From sequence record SRR31156797_1572: a DNA stretch of 47,506 nucleotides; one strand, 5' to 3'. The translations under genes were made by a program, and so were the position numbers. The notes under the pieces are model-generated. The model was not told the DNA's origin. It searched no databases and was given only the letters and a program-made list of their open reading frames with translations. Of the stretch, positions 1 to 10,020 are shown piece after piece (within the stretch, counting starts at the first letter, position 1; each line of letters starts with the position of its first letter).

Positions 1-1620
1 CAAATGAAGACCATTCAGGATGAGTTAGGTTCGAGTCCGATAGAGCAGGAAATAAGAGAGCTAAAGGAAGATGCCAAAAAGAAGAAGTGGGGAAAGGAAG
101 TTGCCGAGTTATTTTTGAAGGAGGTTGATAAATTAGAAAGACTTAACCCTGCTACAGGAGAATACTCAGTGCAATATAATTACTTGCAGACGTTGTTGGA
201 TATTCCTTGGAATGAATATACTAAGGACAAGTTCGATATGAAATCGGCTGAAAAGATCCTGGATAGAGATCATTTTGGTTTAGATGGAGTTAAAGAGAGA
301 ATTCTGGAGCATTTAGCTGTTTTAAAACTTAAAGGAGATTTAAAGTCTCCAATCATTTGTTTGCATGGACCTCCGGGAGTTGGTAAAACATCTTTAGGTA
401 AGTCGGTGGCAGAGGCGCTGGGAAGAAAGTACGCCAGAATGTCATTGGGTGGAGTTCATGATGAATCTGAAATAAGAGGTCATCGAAAAACTTATATAGG
501 AGCGATGCCAGGTCGTATTATTCATAATATTAAAAAGGCCGGAAGTGCGAATCCTGTATTTATTTTAGATGAGATAGATAAAATTGGAAGTAGTGCACAT
601 GGTGACCCTGCTGCGGCATTACTAGAGGTGTTAGATCCGGAGCAAAATGAAAACTTCCATGACAATTATCTGGAAGTTGATTTTGATTTATCGAAGGTTA
701 TTTTTATTGCCACCGCAAATACATTAAGCACTATTTCTCAACCACTTTTGGATAGAATGGAGTTAATAGAAGTAAGTGGTTATGTATTGGATGAAAAAGT
801 TGAAATTGCCAAACAACATCTTTGGCCTAAACAGCTTGAGGATCATGGAGTGAGTAAAAGTAAAGTTTCTTTATCTAAAAAGGTAATGAGTTTTATTATT
901 GAAAACTATACCCGTGAGTCCGGGGTGCGTGCTTTAAATAAAGAGTTGGCAAAGCTTTCGCGTAAGTATGCTTTAAAAATAGCTACAGGAGATGAGTTTA
1001 AAAAGACAATTACTGTTGACGATATAAAAGCAAATTTAGGCGTTGAGCGTTTTTCAAAAGAAAAATGGCAGGATACGCATGTTCCTGGCGTGGTAACAGG
1101 CTTAGCATGGACGGCTGTTGGTGGCGAGATTCTTTATATTGAAACAAGTTTGTCTAAGGGGAATGGAAAGCTAACTTTAACCGGAAACCTAGGTGATGTA
1201 ATGAAAGAGTCTGCTGTTTTGGCTCTTGAATACATTAAATCTAATTATAAGGATTTAGGTATTGATCCTACAATGCTGGAAGAATCTAATATTCACGTTC
1301 ATGTTCCGGAAGGGGCTATACCCAAAGATGGTCCTTCGGCTGGTATTACCATGGCGACAGCTCTTGTGTCTTCTTTTACTGGCAAAAAAGTAAAGAAGCG
1401 AATTGCTATGACAGGAGAAATAACCTTAAGAGGTAAAGTCTTGCCTGTTGGTGGAATTAAGGAAAAGATACTAGCGGCTAAACGAGCAGGTGTTAAAGAA
1501 ATAATCCTGTCAAAACACAATTTAAAAGATGTATCTGAAATAAAGGATATTTATATTGAAGGTATTGACTTTCATTATGTGGATCGAATTACGGATGTAT
1601 TGAAAGTTGCAATAAATTAA
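1..1620 (+). CDS. lon: ATP-dependent Lon protease (5'-truncated by window edge)
   Basis: Walker [10 protein letters not shown], Walker [22 protein letters not shown], catalytic PKDGPSAG and downstream IKEK. The frame is open from base 1 and the N-terminal domain is absent. Confidence 0.98.
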   Translation, partial: QMKTIQDELGSSPIEQEIRELKEDAKKKKWGKEVAELFLKEVDKLERLNPATGEYSVQYNYLQTLLDIPWNEYTKDKFDMKSAEKILDRDHFGLDGVKERILEHLAVLKLKGDLKSPIICLHGPPGVGKTSLGKSVAEALGRKYARMSLGGVHDESEIRGHRKTYIGAMPGRIIHNIKKAGSANPVFILDEIDKIGSSAHGDPAAALLEVLDPEQNENFHDNYLEVDFDLSKVIFIATANTLSTISQPLLDRMELIEVSGYVLDEKVEIAKQHLWPKQLEDHGVSKSKVSLSKKVMSFIIENYTRESGVRALNKELAKLSRKYALKIATGDEFKKTITVDDIKANLGVERFSKEKWQDTHVPGVVTGLAWTAVGGEILYIETSLSKGNGKLTLTGNLGDVMKESAVLALEYIKSNYKDLGIDPTMLEESNIHVHVPEGAIPKDGPSAGITMATALVSSFTGKKVKKRIAMTGEITLRGKVLPVGGIKEKILAAKRAGVKEIILSKHNLKDVSEIKDIYIEGIDFHYVDRITDVLKVAIN

Positions 1621-1640
1621 ATAAAAAAGCCCCGATTCGT
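1618..1640. terminator. Left half of the original bidirectional lon/ARH terminator, split by the IS
   Basis: TAAATAAAAAAGCCCCGA (1618-1635) is the exact reverse complement of TCGGGGCTTTTTTATTTA (3383-3400). Removing the IS and one TSD copy gives an 18-bp stem with a TTCG loop. Confidence 0.92.
1633..1640. repeat. Left target-site duplication CGATTCGT
   Basis: Identical 8-mer at 3376-3383, directly flanking the right IR. Confidence 0.93.
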
Positions 1641-1657
1641 GAGGCCACTGAAAAAGT

Positions 1658-1732
1658 CTCTTAAGTAATAAAAGCAGTAAAAAGAAGATTAAATTCTCTT
1701 TTTACTGCTTTCTTTGTATTATTACTTAAGAG
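1658..1732 (+). promoter_or_regulatory. Long imperfect hairpin upstream of the transposase start
   Basis: 1658-1670 pairs with 1720-1732 (13 bp) and 1671-1685 pairs with 1697-1711 (15 bp). It ends 9 nt before the ATG at 1742. Confidence 0.7.
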
Positions 1733-1741
1733 GATGATTCA

Positions 1742-3190
1742 ATGTTAGAACAGCAACAAAAACTTGTTTTTAGTTCCTATTCGGAACTCTACGAGCTTAT
1801 TATTCCTGAAGACAACATACTTCGCCGTATTCATGAGTTAATTGATTTTAGCTTTATATACGATGAGCTATTGTCAAAATATTGTCATGACAATGGGCGT
1901 ACTGCCGAAAGCCCTATAAGGTTATTTAAATACCTTCTGTTAAAAGTTATCTACAATGTATCTGACGTAGATGTGGTAGAGCGTTCGCGTGTCGATATGT
2001 CTTTCAAATATTTTTTAGGAATGGCACCGGAGGATGATGTGATAAATGCAAGTACTCTGACAAAATTTCGCCGGTTAAGATTAAAAGATGCCGACTTATT
2101 AAATTTGTTAATAGGAAAGACCGTAGCCATTGCTATCGACAAAGGAATTATCAAGTCCAAGTCTATCATCGTTGATGCCACCCATACCAAGAGTAGGTCT
2201 AACCCCTTGTCGCCATTGGAAGTATTAAAGGAAAGAGCCAAGTTGCTTCGAAAGATGGCTTACAGTGTCGATGACGATATCAAAGAGCAATTACCTCAAA
2301 AGCATATCGGTGATAACCTGGAGCAAGAGTTAAGCTACTGCTCAGAGCTCATTGATTTTATTGCTAAAAATGAAATAATCTCCAACTATCCTAAGGTAAA
2401 GGAGAAGCTAAACCTACTTCAAGAAACCATAGAAGATACCCAAGACAAATACACCCTATCCAAAGATGAAGATGCTCGAATTGGTCATAAATCTGCCGAT
2501 TCATCATTTTTTGGTTACAAGAGTCATATCGGCATGACAGAGGAAAGAATAATAACAGCTGCTGTTGTTACTTCCGGCGACAAAGGCGATGGCCCGCAAT
2601 TACAAGCAATCGTTGAACAAAGCATGCAAAACGGAATGGAAGTAGATACTGTCATTGGTGATTCTGCTTATTCTGGCAAAGACAATTTGATTTATGGAAA
2701 TGAAAACAATATAGATATTGTATCAAAACTAAACCCAGCAATTACACAAGGCTTTAGAAAAGAAGAAGATAAATTTGAATTCAATAAAGATGCAGGAATG
2801 TTTGTTTGTCCTGCAGGGCATATAGCAGTGCGCAAAGCCAAACAGGGGGCCAAAAACACTGGTACTAACCAGGTGCATACCTATTATTTTGACATTGAAA
2901 AATGTAAGGTGTGTAAGTTAAAACAAGGGTGTTATAAAGAAGGGGCTAAAAGCAAATCATATTCTGTTTCGATAAACTGCAAGGAACACAAGGAGCAAAT
3001 TGAATTTCAAAACTCAGACTACTTCAAGGATAAGTCGAAGCATCGATATAAAATCGAAGCCAAAAATGGAGAACTAAAAAACACTCATGGCTTCGATCGG
3101 GCCATTTCATATGGTTTAGACAATATGCAAATGCAAACGGCTTTAACAATCTTTGCTGTAAATCTGAAAAGAATATTGAAACTAATCTAG
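1742..3190 (+). CDS. IS1182-family DDE transposase
   Basis: N-terminal DUF772-like region (LIIPEDNILRRI...GRTAESP...STLTKFRR), DDE motifs IIVDATH, GDSAY and RYKIEAKNGELK, and a Cys cluster CPAG...CKVCKLKQGC. Confidence 0.92.
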   Translation: MLEQQQKLVFSSYSELYELIIPEDNILRRIHELIDFSFIYDELLSKYCHDNGRTAESPIRLFKYLLLKVIYNVSDVDVVERSRVDMSFKYFLGMAPEDDVINASTLTKFRRLRLKDADLLNLLIGKTVAIAIDKGIIKSKSIIVDATHTKSRSNPLSPLEVLKERAKLLRKMAYSVDDDIKEQLPQKHIGDNLEQELSYCSELIDFIAKNEIISNYPKVKEKLNLLQETIEDTQDKYTLSKDEDARIGHKSADSSFFGYKSHIGMTEERIITAAVVTSGDKGDGPQLQAIVEQSMQNGMEVDTVIGDSAYSGKDNLIYGNENNIDIVSKLNPAITQGFRKEEDKFEFNKDAGMFVCPAGHIAVRKAKQGAKNTGTNQVHTYYFDIEKCKVCKLKQGCYKEGAKSKSYSVSINCKEHKEQIEFQNSDYFKDKSKHRYKIEAKNGELKNTHGFDRAISYGLDNMQMQTALTIFAVNLKRILKLI

Positions 3191-3370
3191 TAACCTACAC
3201 ATTATCTGAATAATACCATAAGTATGCCTTTCAGTGGCTTTTTTCGTCCATTTTGACACATCAAACTATTTTCAACTAAAAAAAACAAAGGATGTAACTG
3301 TTGAGCATTTAGCCCAATATTACATCCTTATTCTTTTTAAACTTGCCGACAAATAGGAAGTTTTTCAGTG

Positions 3371-3400
3371 GCCTCCGATTCGTCGGGGCTTTTTTATTTA
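3371..3400 (+). terminator. Right half of the split terminator, partly rebuilt with the IS end
   Basis: GCCTCCGA-TTCG-TCGGGGC followed by TTTTTT. Confidence 0.7.
3376..3383. repeat. Right target-site duplication CGATTCGT
   Basis: Identical 8-mer at 1633-1640. Confidence 0.93.
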
Positions 3401-4204
3401 GTGAAGATTAATTAAGATTTCCTTCTTTTCATCCGTACTGTGTATGTGTTTCTTCTCAAAATCATTAATAAATCTTTCCATTTCAGGAGTGAGTCGATTA
3501 AGTGCCCTTCTTATAATACTTTTGGGAATGTGTTTGTAATACGCTTGAGCAATAGCACCTGTTATACCTGCAATGGTATTGCTGGGGCCTCCGATTGAAA
3601 TGGCTTTTCTAATGGCATCTTCAAAGTTATCAGATATTAAAAAAACGCTTATTGCTGCAGGCGCAGGCGAAGGTAAATTGGGACTTGTAACTTCCAAGTG
3701 TAATTTTTCTAGCGTTTTTTGAAAATCATATCCAAATTCAGAAGCGATATAATCTTTTATTTCCCTTTTGTTTTTTCCTTTTTTAGCCAGAAAAATAGCT
3801 GCTGTTACAGCTTTAGAAGCTTTAATCTTTTCAGGATGATTGTGTGTTAATTTTGTTGTTTCTTCTGCTTTTAAAAGTGCTTCATTTAAGTCTTGAGATG
3901 CAAAGCCAATGGGACAGATCCTTCTGGCTGCACCGTCTCCATTACTAAAATAAGGCTCCTGTTTGTCGGACACAATCCATTCTTTAAAGTTGCTTCTGTA
4001 TCCTGCATATGGGTATTTTTTAACCCAATCTTTGAGGCACTCTTCAAAATTCTTTTTATTAGATATAGCATCGGCAGTAGCCATTGTTAAAATGGTGTCA
4101 TGCGTAAAGGATGATATAGGTTTGAATAATTGAAAATCCGTTGATGATTTGTTGTCAATAACAAACGCCGATCCAATAATATCTCCAATAATAGCTCCTT
4201 TCAT
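3398..4204 (-). CDS. ADP-ribosylglycohydrolase (DraG/ARH) family protein with degenerate active site
   Basis: MKGAIIGDIIGS start, SNGDGAARRI, THNHPE and FEDAIRKAISIGG match the short Bacteroidota ARH layout. The TDD motif reads THD and the DxDT motif reads PSNT. Confidence 0.9.
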   Translation of the reverse strand: MKGAIIGDIIGSAFVIDNKSSTDFQLFKPISSFTHDTILTMATADAISNKKNFEECLKDWVKKYPYAGYRSNFKEWIVSDKQEPYFSNGDGAARRICPIGFASQDLNEALLKAEETTKLTHNHPEKIKASKAVTAAIFLAKKGKNKREIKDYIASEFGYDFQKTLEKLHLEVTSPNLPSPAPAAISVFLISDNFEDAIRKAISIGGPSNTIAGITGAIAQAYYKHIPKSIIRRALNRLTPEMERFINDFEKKHIHSTDEKKEILINLH

Positions 4205-4545
4205 TTTCTGTGGGATTTTGGTTCATACTAATTAATTAATTGATTGTTGTTTTGTTGCAGAGCTAATTTATGATTAAATTTTGATAAATAACAAAAATGT
4301 TAAAGAATATTAATTCGCGAGACTTTATTTAGGGTTTTGACTATTCAGGTTGATGATTCAGATTTGTGTGTTTTTAAAATGCATTTTTGTAATGTGGTGA
4401 TATGTAATTTATTTTAGGATTTGTGTTGAAGTTGGTAAATAATATTTCTAAATTAAATGAAAATTGAATCACGAATGTGGAATGTTAAAAAAATAATGTG
4501 CGTGTTTTTTAAATTAACATAAATGTTGATGTAAATTTTTTTCTA

Positions 4546-5664
4546 GTGAAGGAAAATCTGAAATATATACTAGGAGGTCTGGGGGTGCTAATCGGAGTGT
4601 ATCTGATATGGTATTTTAAGGCTATTGTCTTTTTTATATTTATATCTGCCATTTTATCCCTAATAACCCGACCTGTTTTTAACTTTTTACAAGGGGTTAA
4701 AAGAGGAAAACAAAAGTCAAAGCTACATCTTTCAAAAACCTGGAGTGCATTAATAACCGTACTTGTTCTTTGGTTGTTTTTACTTGGATTTGTTAGTTAT
4801 GTTGTTCCTTTTCTCATTGAAGAAGTGCAGTTCTTATCGCAAGTGGATTTTTTTATGATGCTGGAGAGGTTGGATAAAGCTATTACCCCCATTTTTAAGC
4901 CACTTAATGATTCTATAATTGGAAATGTGGGTGTGCCCTTGATAAAGGAGCAGCTGAATGAATTTTTGGTTTCGATATTTGATTTCGGAAAATTACAGGA
5001 AATGGTATCGTCTATTGCAGATTTTATAGGTAATACTTTTATGGCCTTATTTTCTGTTTCTTTTATTACTTTTTTTCTTTTAAGAGATGAGTGGCTTTTA
5101 CTTGAGGCCATTAAAATGTTTGTGCCCGAAATATATTACCTGGGAGTTGAACATATGCTTTGGTCAATCAACCGATTGTTAAGGCGTTATTTTATTGGAA
5201 TAGTTGTTCAAATAACTTTAATATCAATATTAGTTATATGTGGGTTTTTAATCGTAGGGTTAGAATTTAGACATGCTTTAATTATAGGACTTTTTTCTGG
5301 GTTTATTAATATTATACCATATCTGGGGCCTATTATAGGAGCAACTTTCGGAAGTCTGGTTTCTTTAGTTGTATTTCTTCAAATGGTAAATCCGCCTTCT
5401 ATACTGTTGTTTATGGGGGGAGTTCTCTTAATTTATGTAATAGTTCAACTGTTAGATAATGTCGTTTTTCAGCCTGTTATTTTTTCTACGAGTGTTAAAG
5501 CTCATCCATTAGAAATATTTTTAGTGATTATTATGGCGGGCTATATTGGTGGTATGATTGGTATGTTTTTAGCAATTCCTGTTTATACTATTATAAGGGT
5601 AGTTGCGAAAGAATTTTTTTCAAAATATAATCTGGTTAGGAAATTAACTGGTAAGCTTGATTAA
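4546..5664 (+). CDS. AI-2E (PerM/YhhT) family transporter
   Basis: Multi-TM protein with IPYLGP, QLLDN..QP and HPL...GG..GMFLAIP signatures; GTG start. Confidence 0.92.
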   Translation: MKENLKYILGGLGVLIGVYLIWYFKAIVFFIFISAILSLITRPVFNFLQGVKRGKQKSKLHLSKTWSALITVLVLWLFLLGFVSYVVPFLIEEVQFLSQVDFFMMLERLDKAITPIFKPLNDSIIGNVGVPLIKEQLNEFLVSIFDFGKLQEMVSSIADFIGNTFMALFSVSFITFFLLRDEWLLLEAIKMFVPEIYYLGVEHMLWSINRLLRRYFIGIVVQITLISILVICGFLIVGLEFRHALIIGLFSGFINIIPYLGPIIGATFGSLVSLVVFLQMVNPPSILLFMGGVLLIYVIVQLLDNVVFQPVIFSTSVKAHPLEIFLVIIMAGYIGGMIGMFLAIPVYTIIRVVAKEFFSKYNLVRKLTGKLD

Positions 5665-5845
5665 AGATAAGGAGGATAAATATACCAAGCGGTAATAATT
5701 AAAAAATGTAAAAATATATGAACATTATTTAAACTCATTCCTTATTTACTTTGACAACAACAATTTGTCAGGTTAATTTTTTTTGTAAATTGTAAGGGGA
5801 GTTGAGATTTGCGGGGAGGATAATCGGTTTAAATCTTATTATAAT

Positions 5846-6985
5846 ATGAATAAATTGTTCTCGTGTAAGCCTGTATACGTCAAGTTTATTGTGTTAATAT
5901 GCTTGTTCTCTTTTCTAACACCTAATTTATTCTCTCAAGAAAATAATTTAACCTTTAAAGAATCTGAGCAATATAAGTTGATGATGGGGGAGCGGCTTTA
6001 TCATGGGCTAGTTTCAACCGGAGGGGATAATCCTTCTTGTATTTCCTGTCATGCAAAATTTACAGGTGATGAAATTAACTGGAACCCATCAGCAATGGAA
6101 ATTGTTATGGTAGCAGATTCCTTATCGGAAGAAGAATTTAAAGCTGCGCTAAACAGTCCGTCAGAAGGTTTTATTGCTAAAGTTCATAAAGGTTATAACC
6201 TAAGTGATGAGCAGTTAAGTCAAATTCGATTTTACTTAGAAAGTCTTAGTGAGAAAGGCGTAGGTGAAAAACCGGGTTCTTATCCTCAATTGACCTTGTT
6301 TTTAATTATAGGTCTGTTAATGGCATTAGCGCTTGTAGATTTAATTTTTACTCATAAAGTTAGGTACAAGGTAATTCATATCTTAATTATATTAGCAGGA
6401 ATTTCTATTCATTTAAAAATGGCATATACCGAAGCGACAGAGCTAGGTCGCAGTGAAGGTTATACGCCTGATCAACCTATTAAGTTTTCTCACCAGGTTC
6501 ATGCAGGAGATAATAGAATCGATTGTAAATATTGTCATTTTAATGCCGAAAATGGTAAGTCTGCAGGTATTCCTGGTCCAGGATTATGCATGAATTGTCA
6601 CTTGATTGTTCGTGAAGGAAGTCGTTCCGGAAAATCGGAAATAGCCAAAGTAGTTAAGCATTTTGAGGAGGGTAAAGATATTGAGTGGATTCGAATTCAT
6701 AACCTTCCAGATCATGTGTTTTTTAGTCATGCCCAACATGTAAATGCGGGCAAATTGGACTGTAAGGAATGTCATGGGGCAGTTGAGGAAATGCATATAT
6801 TAAAACAGGAGAATGATTTGTCGATGGGTTGGTGTCTGGATTGTCACAAAAAAACCAATGTTCAATTTGCCAATAATTATTATTCAATTTACGATAAGTA
6901 TCACAAAGAACTGGCAGAGGGAGTTAGAGACTCTATAAAAGCTATTGATATTGGTGCTAATGATTGTATGAAGTGCCACTATTAG
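5846..6985 (+). CDS. actA: Alternative complex III multiheme cytochrome c ActA (six CxxCH)
   Basis: N-terminal monoheme domain (CISCH), two TM helices, then QPIKFSHQVHAG and CKYCH, CMNCH, CKECH, CLDCH, CMKCH. First gene of the act operon. Confidence 0.93.
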   Translation: MNKLFSCKPVYVKFIVLICLFSFLTPNLFSQENNLTFKESEQYKLMMGERLYHGLVSTGGDNPSCISCHAKFTGDEINWNPSAMEIVMVADSLSEEEFKAALNSPSEGFIAKVHKGYNLSDEQLSQIRFYLESLSEKGVGEKPGSYPQLTLFLIIGLLMALALVDLIFTHKVRYKVIHILIILAGISIHLKMAYTEATELGRSEGYTPDQPIKFSHQVHAGDNRIDCKYCHFNAENGKSAGIPGPGLCMNCHLIVREGSRSGKSEIAKVVKHFEEGKDIEWIRIHNLPDHVFFSHAQHVNAGKLDCKECHGAVEEMHILKQENDLSMGWCLDCHKKTNVQFANNYYSIYDKYHKELAEGVRDSIKAIDIGANDCMKCHY

Positions 6986-7035
6986 AGGTGCATTTTGAGT
7001 TTATTCCTTATCTAATCATATTATAAATCGTTCGA

Positions 7036-10020
7036 ATGAAGAAATACTGGAAAAGCATAGAAGAATATAATAAAGGATTGGAAGATGATTATCAGCATCT
7101 GCCGAATAAAATTCAAGTGCAAGAAGCGTTAAAGTCCAATCGGAGGGATTTCTTAAAATATTTTGGTTTTGGAGTTGCTTCTGCTGCTGTTTTGGCGAGC
7201 TGTGAACGTCCGGTAAAAAAAGCAATTCCTCTGTTAATTCAACCAGAAGAGATAAGGCCTGGTGTTGCGAGTTATTATGCATCCACATTTTATAATGGTG
7301 GAGAGGTAGTGCCAATTTTGGTTAAAGTGCGTGATGGAAGGCCTATAAAAATTGAAGGTAACGATTTATGCGAGTTGACTAAAGGAGGAACATCGGCACA
7401 AGTGCAAGCTTCGTTGCTAAACCTGTATGATGAATCCAGACCTAAAGAGCCATCTTATAATGGAGAGCAGATATCATGGGAGCAGGCAAATAAACAGATT
7501 GTAGATGGCTTAAGCAATGTGGAAGAGAGCAAAGAGATTGTTTTTCTAACGCAAACTATTATAAGTCCATCTCAAAAAGCACTTATCGATAGACTTCAAA
7601 GCAAATATCATAATATCAAGCAAATTACATTAGATGCACATTCGTATTCAGGATTAAGAGAAGCTTATTCAGAAATTACCGGGACTTTCATGATTCCAAA
7701 CTTTCGATTTGATAAAGCGGATGTAATTGTATCATTTGGAGCTGACTTTTTAGGAACCTGGTTGATGCCAACTGTTTTTACTAGTCAGTATGTTGAAAAT
7801 AGAAAACTCGATAACAATCAGAAAAAGCTGTCCAGACATATACAGATTGAAAGTCATATGTCACTAACGGGTTCAAATGCAGATGATCGATTAGTATTTA
7901 AGCCCTCTGAGGAAGGACGGTATGTAATCTCTTTGTATAATGAAGTAGCAAGTGCTCTTCATGTTTCAATGCTGGATAAGGGTGGATTTGAAAAGGAAAT
8001 GAGCGCTGTGGCTAAAGAACTTGTAAAGACAAAGTCATCTTTAATTGTGTCTGGCTCTAATAATAAAAACATACAATTATTAATTGCAGGAATTAATTTC
8101 TTATTACAGAATTTTGGTCATACCATTGATGTTAATAATGAAGTAAAGTTATTCCAAGGAAAGGATAAAGACCTAAGTCAATTTGTGAAAGAATGTAAAG
8201 ACGGAAAAGTAGGAGCTTTAATATGTTTAGATGCTAATCCGGCTTATAATTTGACAATTGCAGAAGAGTTTAAAAATATAATAAGCAAGATTGATTTAAC
8301 GGTAAATGTGACATCTCAAAATGATGAAACCAGTTCGTTGTGTCAATATGTTTTGCCGGCAAATCACTTTCTGGAATCTTGGAGTGATACGGAGATACTG
8401 GCCAATGTTTACAGTTTAACCCAACCTGTGATAAGACCAATTTATAATTCAAAAGATTTTAATCAGATATTATTATCCTGGTTAGGTGAGAATGTGAGTT
8501 CATATGACTACCTGCATACATATTGGCAAGAAAATATTTTAGGACAGACATCAGATGAAAATCCGTTTATTTCCTCTTGGAAAAAGACCTTAAGTGCTGG
8601 AGTATTTGTAGCAGATAATATACCAATATCCAATAAGTACAATCTTCCTGAGATGTCTAAAGTATCATCGGAAATACTTAAGAATAAGGTAAGTGATGGG
8701 AGTGAATTAATCGCTTATTTATCCGTTCCTGTAGGAGATGGTAAAATGGCCAATAATCCATGGTTACAAGAATTGCCGGATCCTGTATCAAGAGTATGTT
8801 GGGATAATTATTTTTCTGTTTCGCCAAAGATGGCAGAAGAAAAAGGCTGGTCGCAGGGAGATGTTATCTCTATTAATAATATTGCTTTGCCTGTATTTAT
8901 CCAACCTGGTAATCATGACGAGGTTATTAGTGTAGCTTTAGGATACGGTAGAAAAATGGAAGGGCCTAATCCTGAGTTGATAGGAAAAGATATAAAACCC
9001 TTGTTGGTAAAAAAAGATTCAGCAATAACTTATCATACTTTCGTTTCTGAGATCAATTCAACAGGTGCAACCTATGAATTAGCCACAACTCAAACTCATC
9101 ATTCGATGGAAGGTAGAGCCATTGTTCGCGAAACTACCTTAAGCAGTTATTTGAAGGATCCTGCATCGGGAAATGAGATGCATGAGGAAATAGAGAAGCT
9201 TCATACCACATTGTATAAAGAGCATGAATACAAAGGCCACCATTGGGCTATGTTTGTTGATTTAAATTCTTGTACAGGTTGTAACGCTTGTGTTGTTGCC
9301 TGCTCTGTTGAGAATAATGTGCCAGTTGTAGGAAGAGATGAGGTGAGAAGATCTCATGAGATGCATTGGTTAAGGATTGATAGATATTATACGCAAGCGC
9401 CAGATGATCCTTCATCATTGCGTGTAGTTCGACAGCCTGTAATGTGTCAGCATTGCGACAATGCACCTTGCGAAAATGTTTGTCCGGTAGCTGCAACGAA
9501 TCATAGCTCGGAAGGAATAAACCAGATGGCTTACAATCGTTGTATTGGAACCAGGTATTGCAATAATAACTGTCCGTATAAAGTACGTCGCTTTAACTGG
9601 TATGATTATACGGGAGCAGATTCTATTCCTTTCAATAGAAAAGATGCTACCGGGATGACTACAGATTTAAAAAGATTAGTGCTTAATCCGGACGTGACTG
9701 TTCGGGCCAAAGGAGTCATTGAAAAATGTTCATTCTGTATTCAGCGTATTCAAGAGAAAAAACTGGAAGCTAAAAAATCAGGTGAGCCATTAAAAGATGG
9801 AGAGATACAGACAGCATGTCAACAAGGGTGCCCGGCAAAAGCCATCACTTTTGGAGATATGAATGATGTGAATAGTGCGGTAAGTAAAATGATGAAAGAT
9901 CCTAGAAGGTATCATTTATTAGAAGAATTGCACACTTTACCCAGTGTGGCTTATTTGACCAAGGTCAGAAATATAGAAGAGAAAGAAACTAAAACTCAGG
10001 ACCATAAAACGCATAGCTAA
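7036..10020 (+). CDS. actB: ACIII ActB: Tat-exported molybdopterin-oxidoreductase-like / Fe-S fusion lipoprotein
   Basis: MKKYWKS start, Tat motif SNRRDFLK, lipobox [25 protein letters not shown], and Fe-S motifs [44 protein letters not shown]. Confidence 0.96.
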   Translation: MKKYWKSIEEYNKGLEDDYQHLPNKIQVQEALKSNRRDFLKYFGFGVASAAVLASCERPVKKAIPLLIQPEEIRPGVASYYASTFYNGGEVVPILVKVRDGRPIKIEGNDLCELTKGGTSAQVQASLLNLYDESRPKEPSYNGEQISWEQANKQIVDGLSNVEESKEIVFLTQTIISPSQKALIDRLQSKYHNIKQITLDAHSYSGLREAYSEITGTFMIPNFRFDKADVIVSFGADFLGTWLMPTVFTSQYVENRKLDNNQKKLSRHIQIESHMSLTGSNADDRLVFKPSEEGRYVISLYNEVASALHVSMLDKGGFEKEMSAVAKELVKTKSSLIVSGSNNKNIQLLIAGINFLLQNFGHTIDVNNEVKLFQGKDKDLSQFVKECKDGKVGALICLDANPAYNLTIAEEFKNIISKIDLTVNVTSQNDETSSLCQYVLPANHFLESWSDTEILANVYSLTQPVIRPIYNSKDFNQILLSWLGENVSSYDYLHTYWQENILGQTSDENPFISSWKKTLSAGVFVADNIPISNKYNLPEMSKVSSEILKNKVSDGSELIAYLSVPVGDGKMANNPWLQELPDPVSRVCWDNYFSVSPKMAEEKGWSQGDVISINNIALPVFIQPGNHDEVISVALGYGRKMEGPNPELIGKDIKPLLVKKDSAITYHTFVSEINSTGATYELATTQTHHSMEGRAIVRETTLSSYLKDPASGNEMHEEIEKLHTTLYKEHEYKGHHWAMFVDLNSCTGCNACVVACSVENNVPVVGRDEVRRSHEMHWLRIDRYYTQAPDDPSSLRVVRQPVMCQHCDNAPCENVCPVAATNHSSEGINQMAYNRCIGTRYCNNNCPYKVRRFNWYDYTGADSIPFNRKDATGMTTDLKRLVLNPDVTVRAKGVIEKCSFCIQRIQEKKLEAKKSGEPLKDGEIQTACQQGCPAKAITFGDMNDVNSAVSKMMKDPRRYHLLEELHTLPSVAYLTKVRNIEEKETKTQDHKTHS

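Larger units (their letters stand above)
1641..3375 (+). mobile_element. IS1182-family insertion sequence, 1735 bp
   Basis: Perfect 15-bp terminal IRs GAGGCCACTGAAAAA (1641-1655) / TTTTTCAGTGGCCTC (3361-3375). 8-bp direct repeat CGATTCGT at 1633-1640 and 3376-3383. One transposase ORF inside. Confidence 0.95.

Noticed and set aside
4288..4529. Scattered TGTTAA/TTAACA hexamers between ARH and the AI-2E gene
   Set aside because: The region is very AT-rich and the sites lack the clear four-fold phasing seen at 25961-25998.
7036..9240. Molybdopterin oxidoreductase lacking cofactor ligands
   Set aside because: Expected for ActB, which is known to carry no molybdenum cofactor.
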